Source: Psammoneis japonica (Eukaryota). From it: DNA of 64,000 nt. The translations under genes were made by a program, and so were the position numbers. Below, piece after piece: positions 1-11,343 of the stretch. Each line of letters begins with the position of its first letter. Position 1 is the stretch's first letter. The notes beneath the pieces were generated by a model that was not told the DNA's origin, ran no database searches, and saw nothing but the letters and a program-made list of their open reading frames with translations. The stretch spans positions 186,001 to 250,000 of the forward strand of contig QPGO01000006.1 of assembly GCA_008632985.1 (NCBI GenBank). The letters are read 5' to 3'.

Positions 1-605
1 ACGTGTCCAGGTGTTTAGCCATGGATCGATGTCGCGTCGTTTACAAACATGCCAATTCGACTCTGGTGGATGCCAAACTGACAAGTACCGAAAATCTCGT
101 AAGCAGCACCATTGACGGAGTATCCTTGGTATCGCCCAAAAAGATGCCCCTTTCGGAACTATTGCAATACAAAATGATTTTGATTCTCGAAGGTCATTCC
201 GTTACGGTTGCTTTAAAATGGGCCCTCTTGTCCAAGAGCGTCGTTCTTATGCCACCTCCTCGCTACACGTCGTGGGCCATGGAGGAACGACTGGAAGCCT
301 GGGTTCATTACGTTCCCATTGAAAATCTGGACGACGACATTGAAGTCAAGGTTCGTTGGGTACTGGATCACAACGACGAGGCACAACGGATTGCACAACG
401 TGGATCGCTTTGGATCAAGGATTTGGTGTTTCATCCGGATGCAACCAAGGAGGATGAAGTGATCCATCAAGAAATTGTGCATCGATATCAGCAACATTTT
501 GTGCAGTCGCCCTATCTGGATGACCGATTTGATTCCGGCCGTGCGCACGTGGAGTATAATGTGGACGAAGAATCACCATTTTCGTGGGCGGCAAATTGCT
601 GTTAG
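1..605 (+). CDS. 3' end of a glycosyltransferase family 90 (CAP10/KDELC-like) protein; gene starts upstream of the window
   Basis: Motifs QYKMILILEG, LKWALLSKSVVLMPPP, SWAMEERLEAWVHYVP and AQRIAQRGSLWI; close paralogue of both GT90 domains in 34390..38433; stop TAG at 603-605. Confidence 0.85.
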   Translation, partial: VSRCLAMDRCRVVYKHANSTLVDAKLTSTENLVSSTIDGVSLVSPKKMPLSELLQYKMILILEGHSVTVALKWALLSKSVVLMPPPRYTSWAMEERLEAWVHYVPIENLDDDIEVKVRWVLDHNDEAQRIAQRGSLWIKDLVFHPDATKEDEVIHQEIVHRYQQHFVQSPYLDDRFDSGRAHVEYNVDEESPFSWAANCC

Positions 606-679
606 TTATGTCAACATATTTGGACGATTAACAGTAGTAAGCTTGATCAGTATAAACATGATTGAAACTATTCTTTTGT

Positions 680-1170
680 TTGTAAAACAAAATGGCCTTC
701 CTTTTTCAGTTTGGTGATTCCGAAATTGCCCGACGAGCTGAATTTGCGTGTGCCTCTGTTCCAAAAGCTTCGCAAAGCCATGCGTTTGTCCGAATTGGAG
801 AAGATGACTGAGAACAAAGACATGGCAACAAGAGCATGGTCAAGCCAAGAAGGGCACAGCTTGTGGCAAAGCATCCTTTGGACAGCCTCATTTCCACAGC
901 TGGCCTGTGAGAAGTGCAGAGATGGGGGGGGGGGCAACAAAGCGCAACTTGCAACACCTCATGACCCTTCCAAAATGAGCTGGGTGTGTGGCAATGGAGA
1001 GCACAGTGCACCAAAGAAAGGCAACTTTGACAACATGTTGTCTCAGTTGCAGCAGCAGCTGTGCACACCTGGCAAATGTGGCCACCATGTTGTTGTGACA
1101 TAGCTGGGGCTTCAGACTCCTGCATGTGCTGCTGCCGGGTGACTTTTGTTGCAGTGCAGCAACCTCTGGT
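680..1170. repeat. Duplicated segment downstream of the GT90 gene (possibly a decayed convergent gene); second copy at about 18790-19740 with an insertion
   Basis: ttggtgattccgaaattgcccgacgagctg (711) vs ttggtgattccaaagctgcccaatgagctc (18819); ggcaacaagagc...agccaaga (824 vs 19411). Confidence 0.7.
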
Positions 1171-1379
1171 GTGTGCTCCTGTGTGTGTGGTGTCTCACAA
1201 TCTGACATTTTCACTTTGGTTTGGGAAACTGCTGCCTCTGGTGCATGTGTGTGAGAAGTTCTCAAGCAACATCACCTGGCAGGATGGCGGGAATGACAGA
1301 TGACAAAGCAAGGCAAAGGGGGGCCATGCAGGTGGGAAATGGGTGGTTTTTTTCAAAGGGGGGGGGTGAATGTGCTCTG

Positions 1380-1900
1380 GCTGTGTGAAACCAAGTTGTG
1401 CACAAAAATGACACTTGCGTGATTTTTGTGCAGTCTCTGACTTGCGACCAAGCTCTCACCACTGAGAGCAGGGTGCAAATCTCAGCATTTTGCAACACTG
1501 ACAAGACACACATCATGTTTTGCAGTGATGTCATTTTTGTGCTGTCCATGCTTTTCATTGTGACAAATTAGTTGCAACACAATGGATGATTTTCATCAAA
1601 AATGTTGAAGATTTGCACACACCAAATGTTTGCATGTCAACACAAGAAGTTGTTTGCTTGCAATGCTTTGTTGCAGGTGTTCTGCCTGTGTGGGAATCAC
1701 TGTTGCACAATCAGCATTCAGTCTGCTGAGGAATTTGTGGCACACACTCCATGAGGACTTGAACACCGCAAAAAAATTGTTTGACTGCCGATGCTCTGGA
1801 TGGCCACAAAAGCCCATCTGCTTGAGTGTTTTTCACATGGGAGCACTGTGTGCATGAAAGAACAGCCACACAGTTCATGCTCAAATGGCACATTTTCATT
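1380..1900 (-). repeat. Dispersed repeat, probable transposon relic; inverted copy at about 28960-29505
   Basis: Translations RAWSQVRDCTKITQVSFL (minus) vs RAWWQVRDCTKIAQMSFL (29400 ORF); nucleotide similarity continues for about 500 bp. Confidence 0.75.
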
Positions 1901-2332
1901 TTGTGCATCACTTGCAACTCAAGCACATCAGCAGCAAGTTGGGTGCTGAGCTCGCGAAGCACCGCAAAGCTCTGAGGGTCTGGAGGAGGTGCCACTGTGT
2001 GCATCATGGGCAGAAGCATGGCAAGTGACCTTGCTCTCGGAGATGATGTGGACGCGTTCCAGCTCTGCTGCAGGTGAGACCTTGCACTGCTGAACTGTGA
2101 CATCGACAGTTTTTTGGATCGTGCCGCATGTCACGCACGCACATTTCTGCGGGACTTTGGTGGAATTTTGCACGTCATTTTGCAGTGCAATTGTTGAGCG
2201 ATCCATTCAACAACTTTTAAGGGTGGGAAATCCCTTGTGTTTTTGACATGCATTTGCAAAAAGCATGAAAAACAACTGACATTTTAATCATTTATGATGC
2301 AAACATGGAAAAAATGCACCGAGGCGTTCTGC

Positions 2333-2531
2333 GCTCACCGTGCAAACAACACGACAATGGCCGAAATGCCGTTTGTTCTCGAAAACTGAGTGGGGCAGCC
2401 TCCAACTTTTTTCACAGTGTGTCGCATTTGATGTGGGTGACAAACTTGTGGAGAAAGTTGGAGGCCGCCACACCTGCATTGCATTCAACGAACGGCATTT
2501 CGGCCATTGTCGTGTTGTTTGCACGGTGAGC
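2333..2531. mobile_element. MITE-like element with 41-bp perfect terminal inverted repeats
   Basis: gctcaccgtgcaaacaacacgacaatggccgaaatgccgtt (2333-2373) is the exact reverse complement of 2491-2531. Confidence 0.7.
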
Positions 2532-3242
2532 TCAGCATTCGCGCTCAAGCCTTTTGAACGGCTTTCCACAAATTGCACGCATTTGCAAAAAACACTGTCC
2601 CATTTTATCAGTTTTTCCTTTGAAATTTCTAAAATTTACCCCAAAACAAGGGGGTTCCCAGCCTCAACATTTTTTTCTTCTGTGCAATTCGCAAATGTCT
2701 CAAAGAATGGCGCAGGGCAGGCGGATTGCCAAAAACCTCGAGTGTGGACAGGCACGTAAATGCACCAGCATAAACTTGGCAGCTGCATTTGATGTTGAAG
2801 ATAAAAACATGCATCAATCATGTTCTCGTGCTGCAGAGCTTGCACATGGAATTCCATGGGCCGAATGTCAGAAAACATCCCACCTGGGACTGGAACCCAT
2901 CTGTGGCGCCTCGTGCACAACAAATCAATGTGTGGTTTGTGTTTGTGTGAAGTGTGTGTGATGTGTGCCAGGGCACGACAATTTTTCAGCACACGCACCT
3001 GGGGCAAACAAAGCACTCACGCCAGCAAAAAATGACCAAGTTGGTGGGTCTTTTTTTCAACAAATTGGCCTGGCACAATGTCCTCAGGAGCAAGCAGATG
3101 TGCAAAGCACTGTAGCACAAACAGCGGGCAGTGGTTGTGCCATGCTCCACGTCGTGTCAGTGCTTTGTCAAGCAGATGTCAGGAGTTTGCGCACTCGTTT
3201 CTCCATTCCTCGCTCAGCACTCAGCACCACCCCTCAGCAGGA

Positions 3243-3473
3243 GGGTTCTCGTGTCAGTTGCTTCGGCTGTGCAGTGCTTGGTTGATTGCATAAAATGGTT
3301 CGAGAATTGTCTGTGCAGGCCGACACAGCGCTTGCACGCTCGTAATGTAGACACAAGGATTTCACAGATGGGGTTCTCGTGTGTCAGTTGCTTTGGGTGT
3401 GCAGCGCTTGGTTGATTGCATGAAATGGTTCGAATTGTCTGTGCAGGCCGACACAGCGCTTGCACGCTCGTAA
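3243..3473. repeat. Tandem duplication, about 128-bp period
   Basis: gggttctcgtgtcagttgct...gcttgcacgctcgtaa at 3243-3345 and 3371-3473. Confidence 0.85.
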
Positions 3474-4673
3474 CACAGTCTAGATGTGAGGATTTGACAG
3501 GTGTGTTTCAGTCTCTTTGGGATTTCCGAGAACCCCCTTTTGCACACCGCGACAACTCCACGCACCGCAATGCACCGTCAAACCATTTCATCATCTCTGC
3601 AAGCTGCCGCCAATGCGGCCAATGCCAGAGGAGCACCATTTGAAGTCACTTGTCCATCATCTTTCACAAGACAACCATGCAATCAAAGAAGCACCAAAGC
3701 AGTGAGAAGCAGCACAAGCCTCAAAAAAAGCAAATCCAAAGGCAACTGGCTTGCAAGAAGCGAAAGAGAGAATTGACAATCGCTGTGCGTGAAAGCTGCC
3801 ACTGTGAGCTGTCTGCAGTTGTGCGAACAAATCCTCAACAAAATTCAGCACTCGATGAGCATGTGCCACTGCAGGAGACAGCTGACTGTGCTGCAAAAGG
3901 TGGGGGGGGGGGGGGGGGCACTTTTGTCTCCGGGGATTCAGTCTGTGGCAGCCAAAGGCCAAAGGGTGCACTGGTTCCAAGCACTGCAAGAAAAAGAGAG
4001 ATTAAACTTGCCCGTGTTGCACGACACAATTGTTCGATGCCAGCACACTTCATGCACTTTGCAGAATGTGACTGACAACTCCATGGAAAGATTTGTAAAA
4101 AAAAGTCATGTCACTGTGACAGTCCTGACAAGCAACCATGCAACAATCGTCAAAAGATGGATTGTCCTCCCTTGGAACATGCTGGCACATGGGGCCCTGC
4201 AGTGCTTCCCACCCACCGGCACCACCCGGTGCCTGCCACAGAGGAAAAAGGACAAACCTTGCTCCCAAAGCACAACAGAAAGGACAGGCAGCGGAATGCA
4301 CCCGGTGTCTTGGATGCGTGCTTGCATCAAGAAGGGGGCGGACGGCAAATGCGAAGTGTTCATGAGAGTGGGATGCGACAGCAATGCAAACTTCACTTCC
4401 ATGATGACTCACATTGGAATGGAATCATGTCAGCACAATGCATTGAATTGATCACAGTTCACATCAAGCACAACCAACGTGATCAATCCACAGAGTTTGT
4501 CGGGGATGCCGCCAACCATGGCACAGTCGTCAGTCGTCCAGATCTGGGAACTCCAATCACACCATTGTCAGCCGCCCCAACATTCGAATAAAAAAAGAAT
4601 GCGACCGTTAACCCAACGATCATCTCGACAATTTTCCCGCGCTAAACGGAAAAATCCAGTCTTGTGTACTACT

Positions 4674-7430
4674 TTAACTCTTTGTTTACCACAACGGATT
4701 ACTACGGATTTTTTTCGCGCGCGGACGCACATTTTTTCCCACCACACGACCGCACATCGGCGCCGACGCCAACAACCGCAATGATGTGATTGTCTTCGCC
4801 GTTGTGACAGAACCACCGTGGTAGGTGATGTCTTCCATCATCCAATTGCATTTTTGATTTCAATGGTGTGCTTCCTGTTGTTGCCGCTTCTTCTGCTGTA
4901 GTAATTTGACTACATTCTTACCGTTACTGTTATGTTGCCGCTGCTCGAGACAATGCAGCTATAAATTATGCTTTGAATTGGGGGAGAAAGAGATGCAGGT
5001 GAGCTTTTGTTTCAGCATCAAAGTAAGTTATATTGCTGTCTGTTGCATTGTTATTTATCACTCAACACATTTCATGAAATGCCTTGGCATTACACACTAA
5101 CGCCTGTTGCTGACTGCACTAATTTGTTGCATCAGAATTAACACAGAGCACAGTGCCGTTGATGGCGTGGCACTGGACTATCACAGCAAGACTTATCACT
5201 CAGATTTATGCATCAGTGCTGGCACTACAGGAATGGCAAGGATACACACCACTGTCAAGAAGAAGTCGGCTCCTTTGGAAAGAAGATTTGGAAACGGTTG
5301 TCGTGTTTGATGCTGTTGGATTTGAGTTATGGGTGGGGGGCGAAAGCGATAGATGCAGGCAAGCTTTTGTCTTCCAAAGTAAGTTTATGTTGTCATCTCT
5401 TCCATTGTTATTTGCTATTCAACGCATTTCATGTTAGACCTTGGCATCACCTACAAATGTAATGAGTAAACCAGTCTGATAAAATAGATGTCTCATTCTC
5501 TCTCGCTCTCATAGTTGTCTCCCGAACTAGTGTAGGGGGGAAAGTTCGTATAGAGCTTATTTCTTGTACTTACATCTTTGTTTTACTACCATAGAAAATA
5601 TTCTTAATGTGCTTGTTCTTCCAAGTCCGCTTCCACTGAATGAAGTGGCACTGTATGGGGACTCTACTCTCTACTACTAGCTCAAGATCTAACTAACTAA
5701 TCTCTCTAGTCGAGGGCCCTATCTCTACTCTACTACCCCGCGTTACCTTTTTCTCCAATTGATGCTTTGGTGTGGATGTTAAAGGAATGGTGAGGGTGCA
5801 CACAGAGCAGCTAGCTACAGTATCCGTAGTCGTAGTAGTAGCTAAGCAGAGTTAGCAAAAGAGTTCTATACTATCTCTCAAAGAGTCCACAGCTTGAGAT
5901 GAAATCCGGCAAGTTACCTTTTTTGTTCTTGACAAAATGCTGATCGACCCACCTATATAAAATATGACAAAACATAGAAGAAGAGAGCAAATCAGAGTGT
6001 ACTGTATGCTTCGGTTTACCAAAAAGAAATGCGCGGGCGGGATGCATGCGTCGTCGCTAACACAACTATTACGCAGGCGCTTCGACTCACCTCCACAACT
6101 TGCTATCCGTCCTCTTCCCAATGCCTTTAAATTTGTGAAATGACAAAAACAATCGTTAACAGTGATGAAAAAGCTAGCACTCTTGCGTACATGAACGACC
6201 CATCGACAGCACTTGGCCGTCAAATTGTCGAGCCCCCAGCAGGATCGCCTACAAGAATGCGTGGATAGGACGAACAGCACATTGGCAAACAAATATGACG
6301 TACCGACGCACCAAGCAGCTTCCATACCGTAGATTTGCTTGAACTTGAGTAGGCGTTTGAACATGGTGTCCCAAATGTAGAAACCACTCGAAACCAAGAG
6401 AATCTAGTTTCGCCTCGCGGTCGGGCGATAGATTCTTTCTACGTTTCTTATCGCATCGCTGGGTCTTCCCCAATTCTCCGTCTTCACAAAAGGAGCGCAT
6501 TGTGTTACTACCAGAATCAATTGTAGGATATGCTGACGAGGCATGAGCCTCATATTTCGTGAAGAGCGCAAGGCAACTCGTCGGTTGCTCGTAGTCTGAA
6601 GACGACTGTTCCCTACTGAAAAGCCAAAACATGTGCCACGACAAGCAATGGTTAGCTGAGGGAATATGCAATGCGAAAAAGGAGAACAATAATTCTATGC
6701 TGTATTCTAACCTGTTTGTTTAACATCCCACCAGATTCCGCCGGTGGGATATCGAAAACGACAATGCCGTTTCTGTCGACATCGGTCTGTCGCGATGCAT
6801 GAAAGCCGATGCGAGCCGGTGAGAAACCACAATCAAAAACAAAACAAGAAACCTATCCAAGCTATCATAATGTACCTTACCATAGTAAAAATGACACCAT
6901 ATGGTGCATAGAGACATGCTTGCTTTTATCCACGTCCATCATGCTCACACCATAAACGACCGTGGTTTCGTACTGAAAAGCATGAAAAAGCAGCATGACA
7001 AGTGAGGGTTAGCTGAGGGATCATAACACATGAAAAATGACACTCCAATGCAACAAAACAATACTATTGTGTTGTATGCTTACCTAGTCATTTGACGTTC
7101 CACCAGTTTCCGTCCTGCGGATGACGAAAACGACAACACCGATGCTGTTGCTGGCGGTCGGTCGCACTGTTGCGATGCAAGAAATGCCGTTACAACAGCA
7201 GGTGAGTGAACAAGTGAAAAAACAACGCCAACGCAACAACAAACCAAACCAAGCTATCATATGACACCTTACCGTGTTAACGATCACCCCGCATGGTATG
7301 GGGGTGCTATCTATTGTAATGACTCGGAACGTCGACGTTCCATTTGTTGTGTTGTTGATGGTGGCGATGTTTCGCCGCACGAAAAAAAAAAAATCGCGCG
7401 CGTGTCGCTGTGGTAAACAAAGAGAGTTAA
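4674..7430. mobile_element. TTAA-flanked, TIR-bounded non-autonomous DNA transposon (piggyBac-like) carrying HA-domain gene relics
   Basis: ttaa|ctctttgtttaccaca at 4674 and tgtggtaaacaaagagag|ttaa at 7409-7430; similarity stops exactly at TTAA; no transposase seen. Confidence 0.5.
6320..6480 (-). pseudogene. Helicase-associated (HA) domain relic
   Basis: LGKTQRCDKKRRKNLSPDREAKLDSLGFEW, then after a frameshift WDTMFKRLLKFKQIYG; matches the HA repeat consensus common in diatoms. Confidence 0.7.
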
Positions 7431-7502
7431 CTGAAAGAGATCAATCGGATCTGTAAGCAAAAAGCAGGTAACCTAGTCACCATAAAATGCCGAGGAACAA
7501 AA

Positions 7503-10500
7503 ATGAAGATTAAGATGCCGCTGACACTACTCATCAAGATCAGCTTGTTGTTGTGGAGCAATGTGATTTGGTCGGGAGAGTCACTTCCTGATGGCTTTGA
7601 ACACGAGGAAGTGATGAGGTCAATTCCCAGGGCCGTCGACTTTGTCTTTACTCCTGACGGCAGCCACGTGATACTGGCTCAAAAAGGGGGGCAAGTATCT
7701 CTCTGGGAGAGCACCGATGATATGAGATCGTACCAGAAAAAGTCGGAGATCCTTGACCTGTCTCCTATTCTATGCGAAAATGGCGAACGCGGTCTTGGTG
7801 CGGTCCAGCTACATCCAAATTTTGGAGTGTCCGACCGCTTCATGTACTTGTTTTATACATACAACCGCGACGACCCTGAATGCCTTTTGCACAAGGAGAA
7901 GGGTCCCTTCAATCGGCTGTCACGATTCAGTCTGACAGACACCTTTAACGTTGTGCCAAATTCGGAAACAATCTTTTTCCAAACTCCTCCCTTGGCATTG
8001 AAGAGTCACAACTCAGGGAGAATTGCGTTTGGCAAAGATGGGAACCTTTTTGTATCAGTCGGAGACGGGGGATTGAGTTCGGAGTCTCAAAACCCGTGGA
8101 ATTTGATCGGAACAATGGTTCGGCTCACGCCTGATGGTGATATTCCTTCCGACAATCCCTTTTCTGGACACACCAATGCCCATCGCTGCAACGAGACTGG
8201 CTCTGTTCCGGCTGGCATTGTGGATGGCAAGTGCAAGGAAATAGTCGCCATGGGTCTCCGAAACCCTTGGCGTTTCGCGATGAATCCGAATACACCAGGA
8301 AAGACGGTTCATTACTATATTAATGATGTGGGAGGGAAAAAATGGGAGGAAATTAATGAAGGAGGAGACCGCATGCTACGGAACATCGTCGACGGCGAAG
8401 TTCAAATCCCAAACTACGGGTGGCCTTACCGTGAAGGTAAGTTTGTGTTCAGACACAATTGTATTATGTTAAGGTTGCTATGACAAAGCCGTTCACGATG
8501 TTGTTCCACTTCTTGATATCGGAAGGCCCATGCAATCGTGGACGCACAACCAACTGTAACGATTTCGGCGATTTTATCCAACCCATTCATTACTTCCCCC
8601 ACCCTATATCCGGAGGCGCAGCGGTGACGGGAGGTGCCTTTGTTCCAAATGGAATCTGGCCACCAAGATATGACAATGGGTACCTCTTTTCCGATTATGT
8701 GTCGGGCGTCATCTACCTGATGCAGGATGGTGGAGGACGTGAGTGTCTCACAAACTGTGATCCCGTACCATCGGAAAAGGATGTGACGACCTTTCATGCA
8801 GGTGCTGAAAAGATTCCTGTGATGCATTTTGGTCCATATTCAGGAGGTAGGGAGGCTCTGTACTACACTTCAAGGGGAATGGGAGGAAGAATGTTCCGCA
8901 TTCATTACAACGGTGGCGATGTGACCCCAAACACTCCACCGCAAGCTGTAATTCGAGGAGATGTACAAAGGATTATTCAGCTGGGCGAAACAATTGAATT
9001 TATTGGAAGCGACAGTACGGACCCTGATGGAGGCGATTTGCTGTACGAATGGGACTTTGACGGAGATGGCTCGTGGATTCCCGTCTTGCCGATCACTCTT
9101 ACTCTTTCGAAAGCGAAGGCTCTTTCACGGTAAAACTAACAGTGCGCGACAGTTCGGGAGGCAGCGATACTGCCACGGTCATAGTTGTGGTTCAAAATGG
9201 CGCAGAACCATTATCTTCTGGCTATCCCGGACCTTTGTTTCAATGGATGTCAGGGACAGTTGCTTGTTCGCCTGGCTACGACTTCTGTGGTGTGCTTGAG
9301 TTCTGCCAGGGAGACGACAAAACTCATTTTGGATACCGGCACCCCTGCAAGGACGGCGAGCCTTGCGAATGTCGAAGTGTTTCTGGTCCCCTCATTCGTA
9401 TCATTCCAGGAAGCACTTATCGTTTGACGTTGCGCAATGTGGCTTCAGAGACCACAAATCTACACACACACGGTTTGCATATTTTTGGATCTGGTGACTC
9501 CGACAATGTTGTTCGGGAGGTTTCTGGTGGTGGAAATTGTTTGGACTATACCTGGGCAATTCCATGGGACCATCCAGGAGGAACTTTTTGGTATCACGCA
9601 CACCATCATGGATCTGTGGAAAGGCAGGTCGGAGGTGGTGCATTTGGAATGCTCATTGTAGAGGACAACACTTTCCTTCATTCGTTGCCACCGTGGACTC
9701 AGAACGAACGTCTTCTCCAAATATTTGTGACCCCCGAGGACGAGGTCTTGGCGAATGGGAAGGGGGGTGGATCGGCAATTGTTGCTTTGAAATCGCTCGA
9801 ATGGTACCGCTTGCGGGTCTCCGTTGTGATCGGTGAAGGGAGTCCACGTGTTTTGACGTTTGCTGATGAAGGCGATGTCTGCATGGTTCATAGAGTCGCG
9901 TCAGATGGCGTATGGCGATCCTCAGTTCCCGGACCAAGCGCTAAATCATTCGAGTTGACAGGGGCATCGCGAGCTGACTTTGCCATTCAATGCCAACTGC
10001 CAGATACTCTTGTGCCTTTGACGCTTGGAGACGACTTAGCGGCCATCATTTCTGTTGGGCCAAACGCGGCATCATCATTTGCAATGGAAGATTGGTCACC
10101 TAACCGTCCCTACGCACTCAAGGACCTGTCATCGCAGATCGTACCGACAAAAAACAAGTTTGAAATTACGTTAGGATACGAAAGCGTGAACGACTTGGCG
10201 TGGGATCCCGCCGTCCCACTCGCAACCATCGGATACAACGAAGTACACGAGTGGCGCATCCAGAAAACGATGGACCATCCGTTCCATATGCACCTTTACC
10301 ACTTTCAGGTGGTATCACCAGATGGATGCGGAGCACACGAAGAAGGCGAATTCTACGATGTGCTTGCGGCCCCGAAGGACTGCATAATTCGATTCAGGAC
10401 AGCCGATATCGGTCAGCGGTTTGTTTTTCACTGCCACAACAATTTCCACAGTGACAACGGTTCAGCTGGTTGGATGAATGTAGCAGGACCAAACATGCCG

Positions 10501-11343
10501 ATCAACGATAAAGTATCGAAAGAATACGAATGTGCCACAGAAGCCACGCCCCCTGACGGTTACTGCCATTGGATCATAGTTCAAGGTGAAGTTATCGAAG
10601 CTGGAGATGTTATTCAAGCCACATGTGGGAAGCAGTTTCTATCGCAACGCAGCGATGGGAACCTTGTACTAACGAGCGGCACTCCCGAGCTACCTGGAGC
10701 AGTGTTGTGGGAAAGCGGCGCCACCGAGAGTGAGGCTAGCTACACAACTCAACTGGAGGAAAACGGGAATCTGGTGACACGTCTAAGTACGATTGGAAGC
10801 CAAGGTCCCGTCATATGGGAGTCCGGCACACAAAACCCTTCTCGTGGGACAAAGTACTTCGTGGCTTTCAACAACGACGGACGGAGCTTTTCTATATACA
10901 CAGAGACGCCCCAGACACCAGGAGATGAAATATGGAATACTGCAGGGACAGCAGTAGATGTTGCCTGTCGTCCTAGTCCCCTGTTGGTAAGGAATGAAAT
11001 CATTGTATCGGGACAAACCAAAGTGAATTCCGGTGCATCTCTCTTTTTGAGGCAATACGACGACGGAAATCTGGAACTGAATAGCGGAACACCCAGCAGT
11101 CCAGGAGACATGGTCTGGGAGAGTGAAACCTCAGTAGCGCAAGGCGAGTACCTCACAAGAATGCAAGGAGACTGCAATTTGGTCACGCGGCCTCTTGCTG
11201 GAGGTAAGGCAGTTTGGTCGTCCAAGACTCGTATTGAAGATTCCAATGGTTGTTTCCTTGCGTTCAATTGTGATGGGAGGAGTATGTCAATCTATCTTGG
11301 CACACCTGAGTCTCCTGGCGATGAAATATGGTCGTCTGCTTGA
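7503..11343 (+). CDS. Secreted multidomain oxidoreductase: glucose/sorbosone (PQQ-type) dehydrogenase propeller + PKD + multicopper oxidase + 2 bulb-type lectin domains; intron 8437-8525; apparent 1-nt frameshift near 9071
   Basis: GSDH motifs ERGLGAVQLHPNF, HNSGRIAFGKDGNLFVSVGDGG, GLRNPWRF, NYGWPYREG; PKD YEWDFDGDG...GSFTVKLTVRD; Cu motifs NLHTHGLH, GTFWYHAHHH, HPFHMH, FHCHNNFH; B-lectin DGNLVL..VLWES and MQGDCNLV; hydrophobic N-terminus. Confidence 0.8.

Larger units (their letters stand above)
700..4570. other. TpA/CpG-depleted decayed-repeat domain 1
   Basis: TA nearly absent and TG/CA very abundant; CG only locally retained; contains repeats and pseudogenic sequence. Confidence 0.85.

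Noticed and set aside
2200..2680. Possible outer inverted repeat around the MITE (gggaaatcccttgtgtttt vs aaaacaagggggttccc)
   Set aside because: Match is too short and degenerate to support by eye.
700..4570. Classical fungal RIP as the explanation for the skewed domains
   Set aside because: RIP creates TA from CA and raises AT content; here TA is eliminated.
7503..11343. Bacterial contamination or operon (bacterial-like GSDH, PKD and PhoX domains)
   Set aside because: The gene has a spliceosomal GT-AG intron and the window contains diatom nuclear genes.
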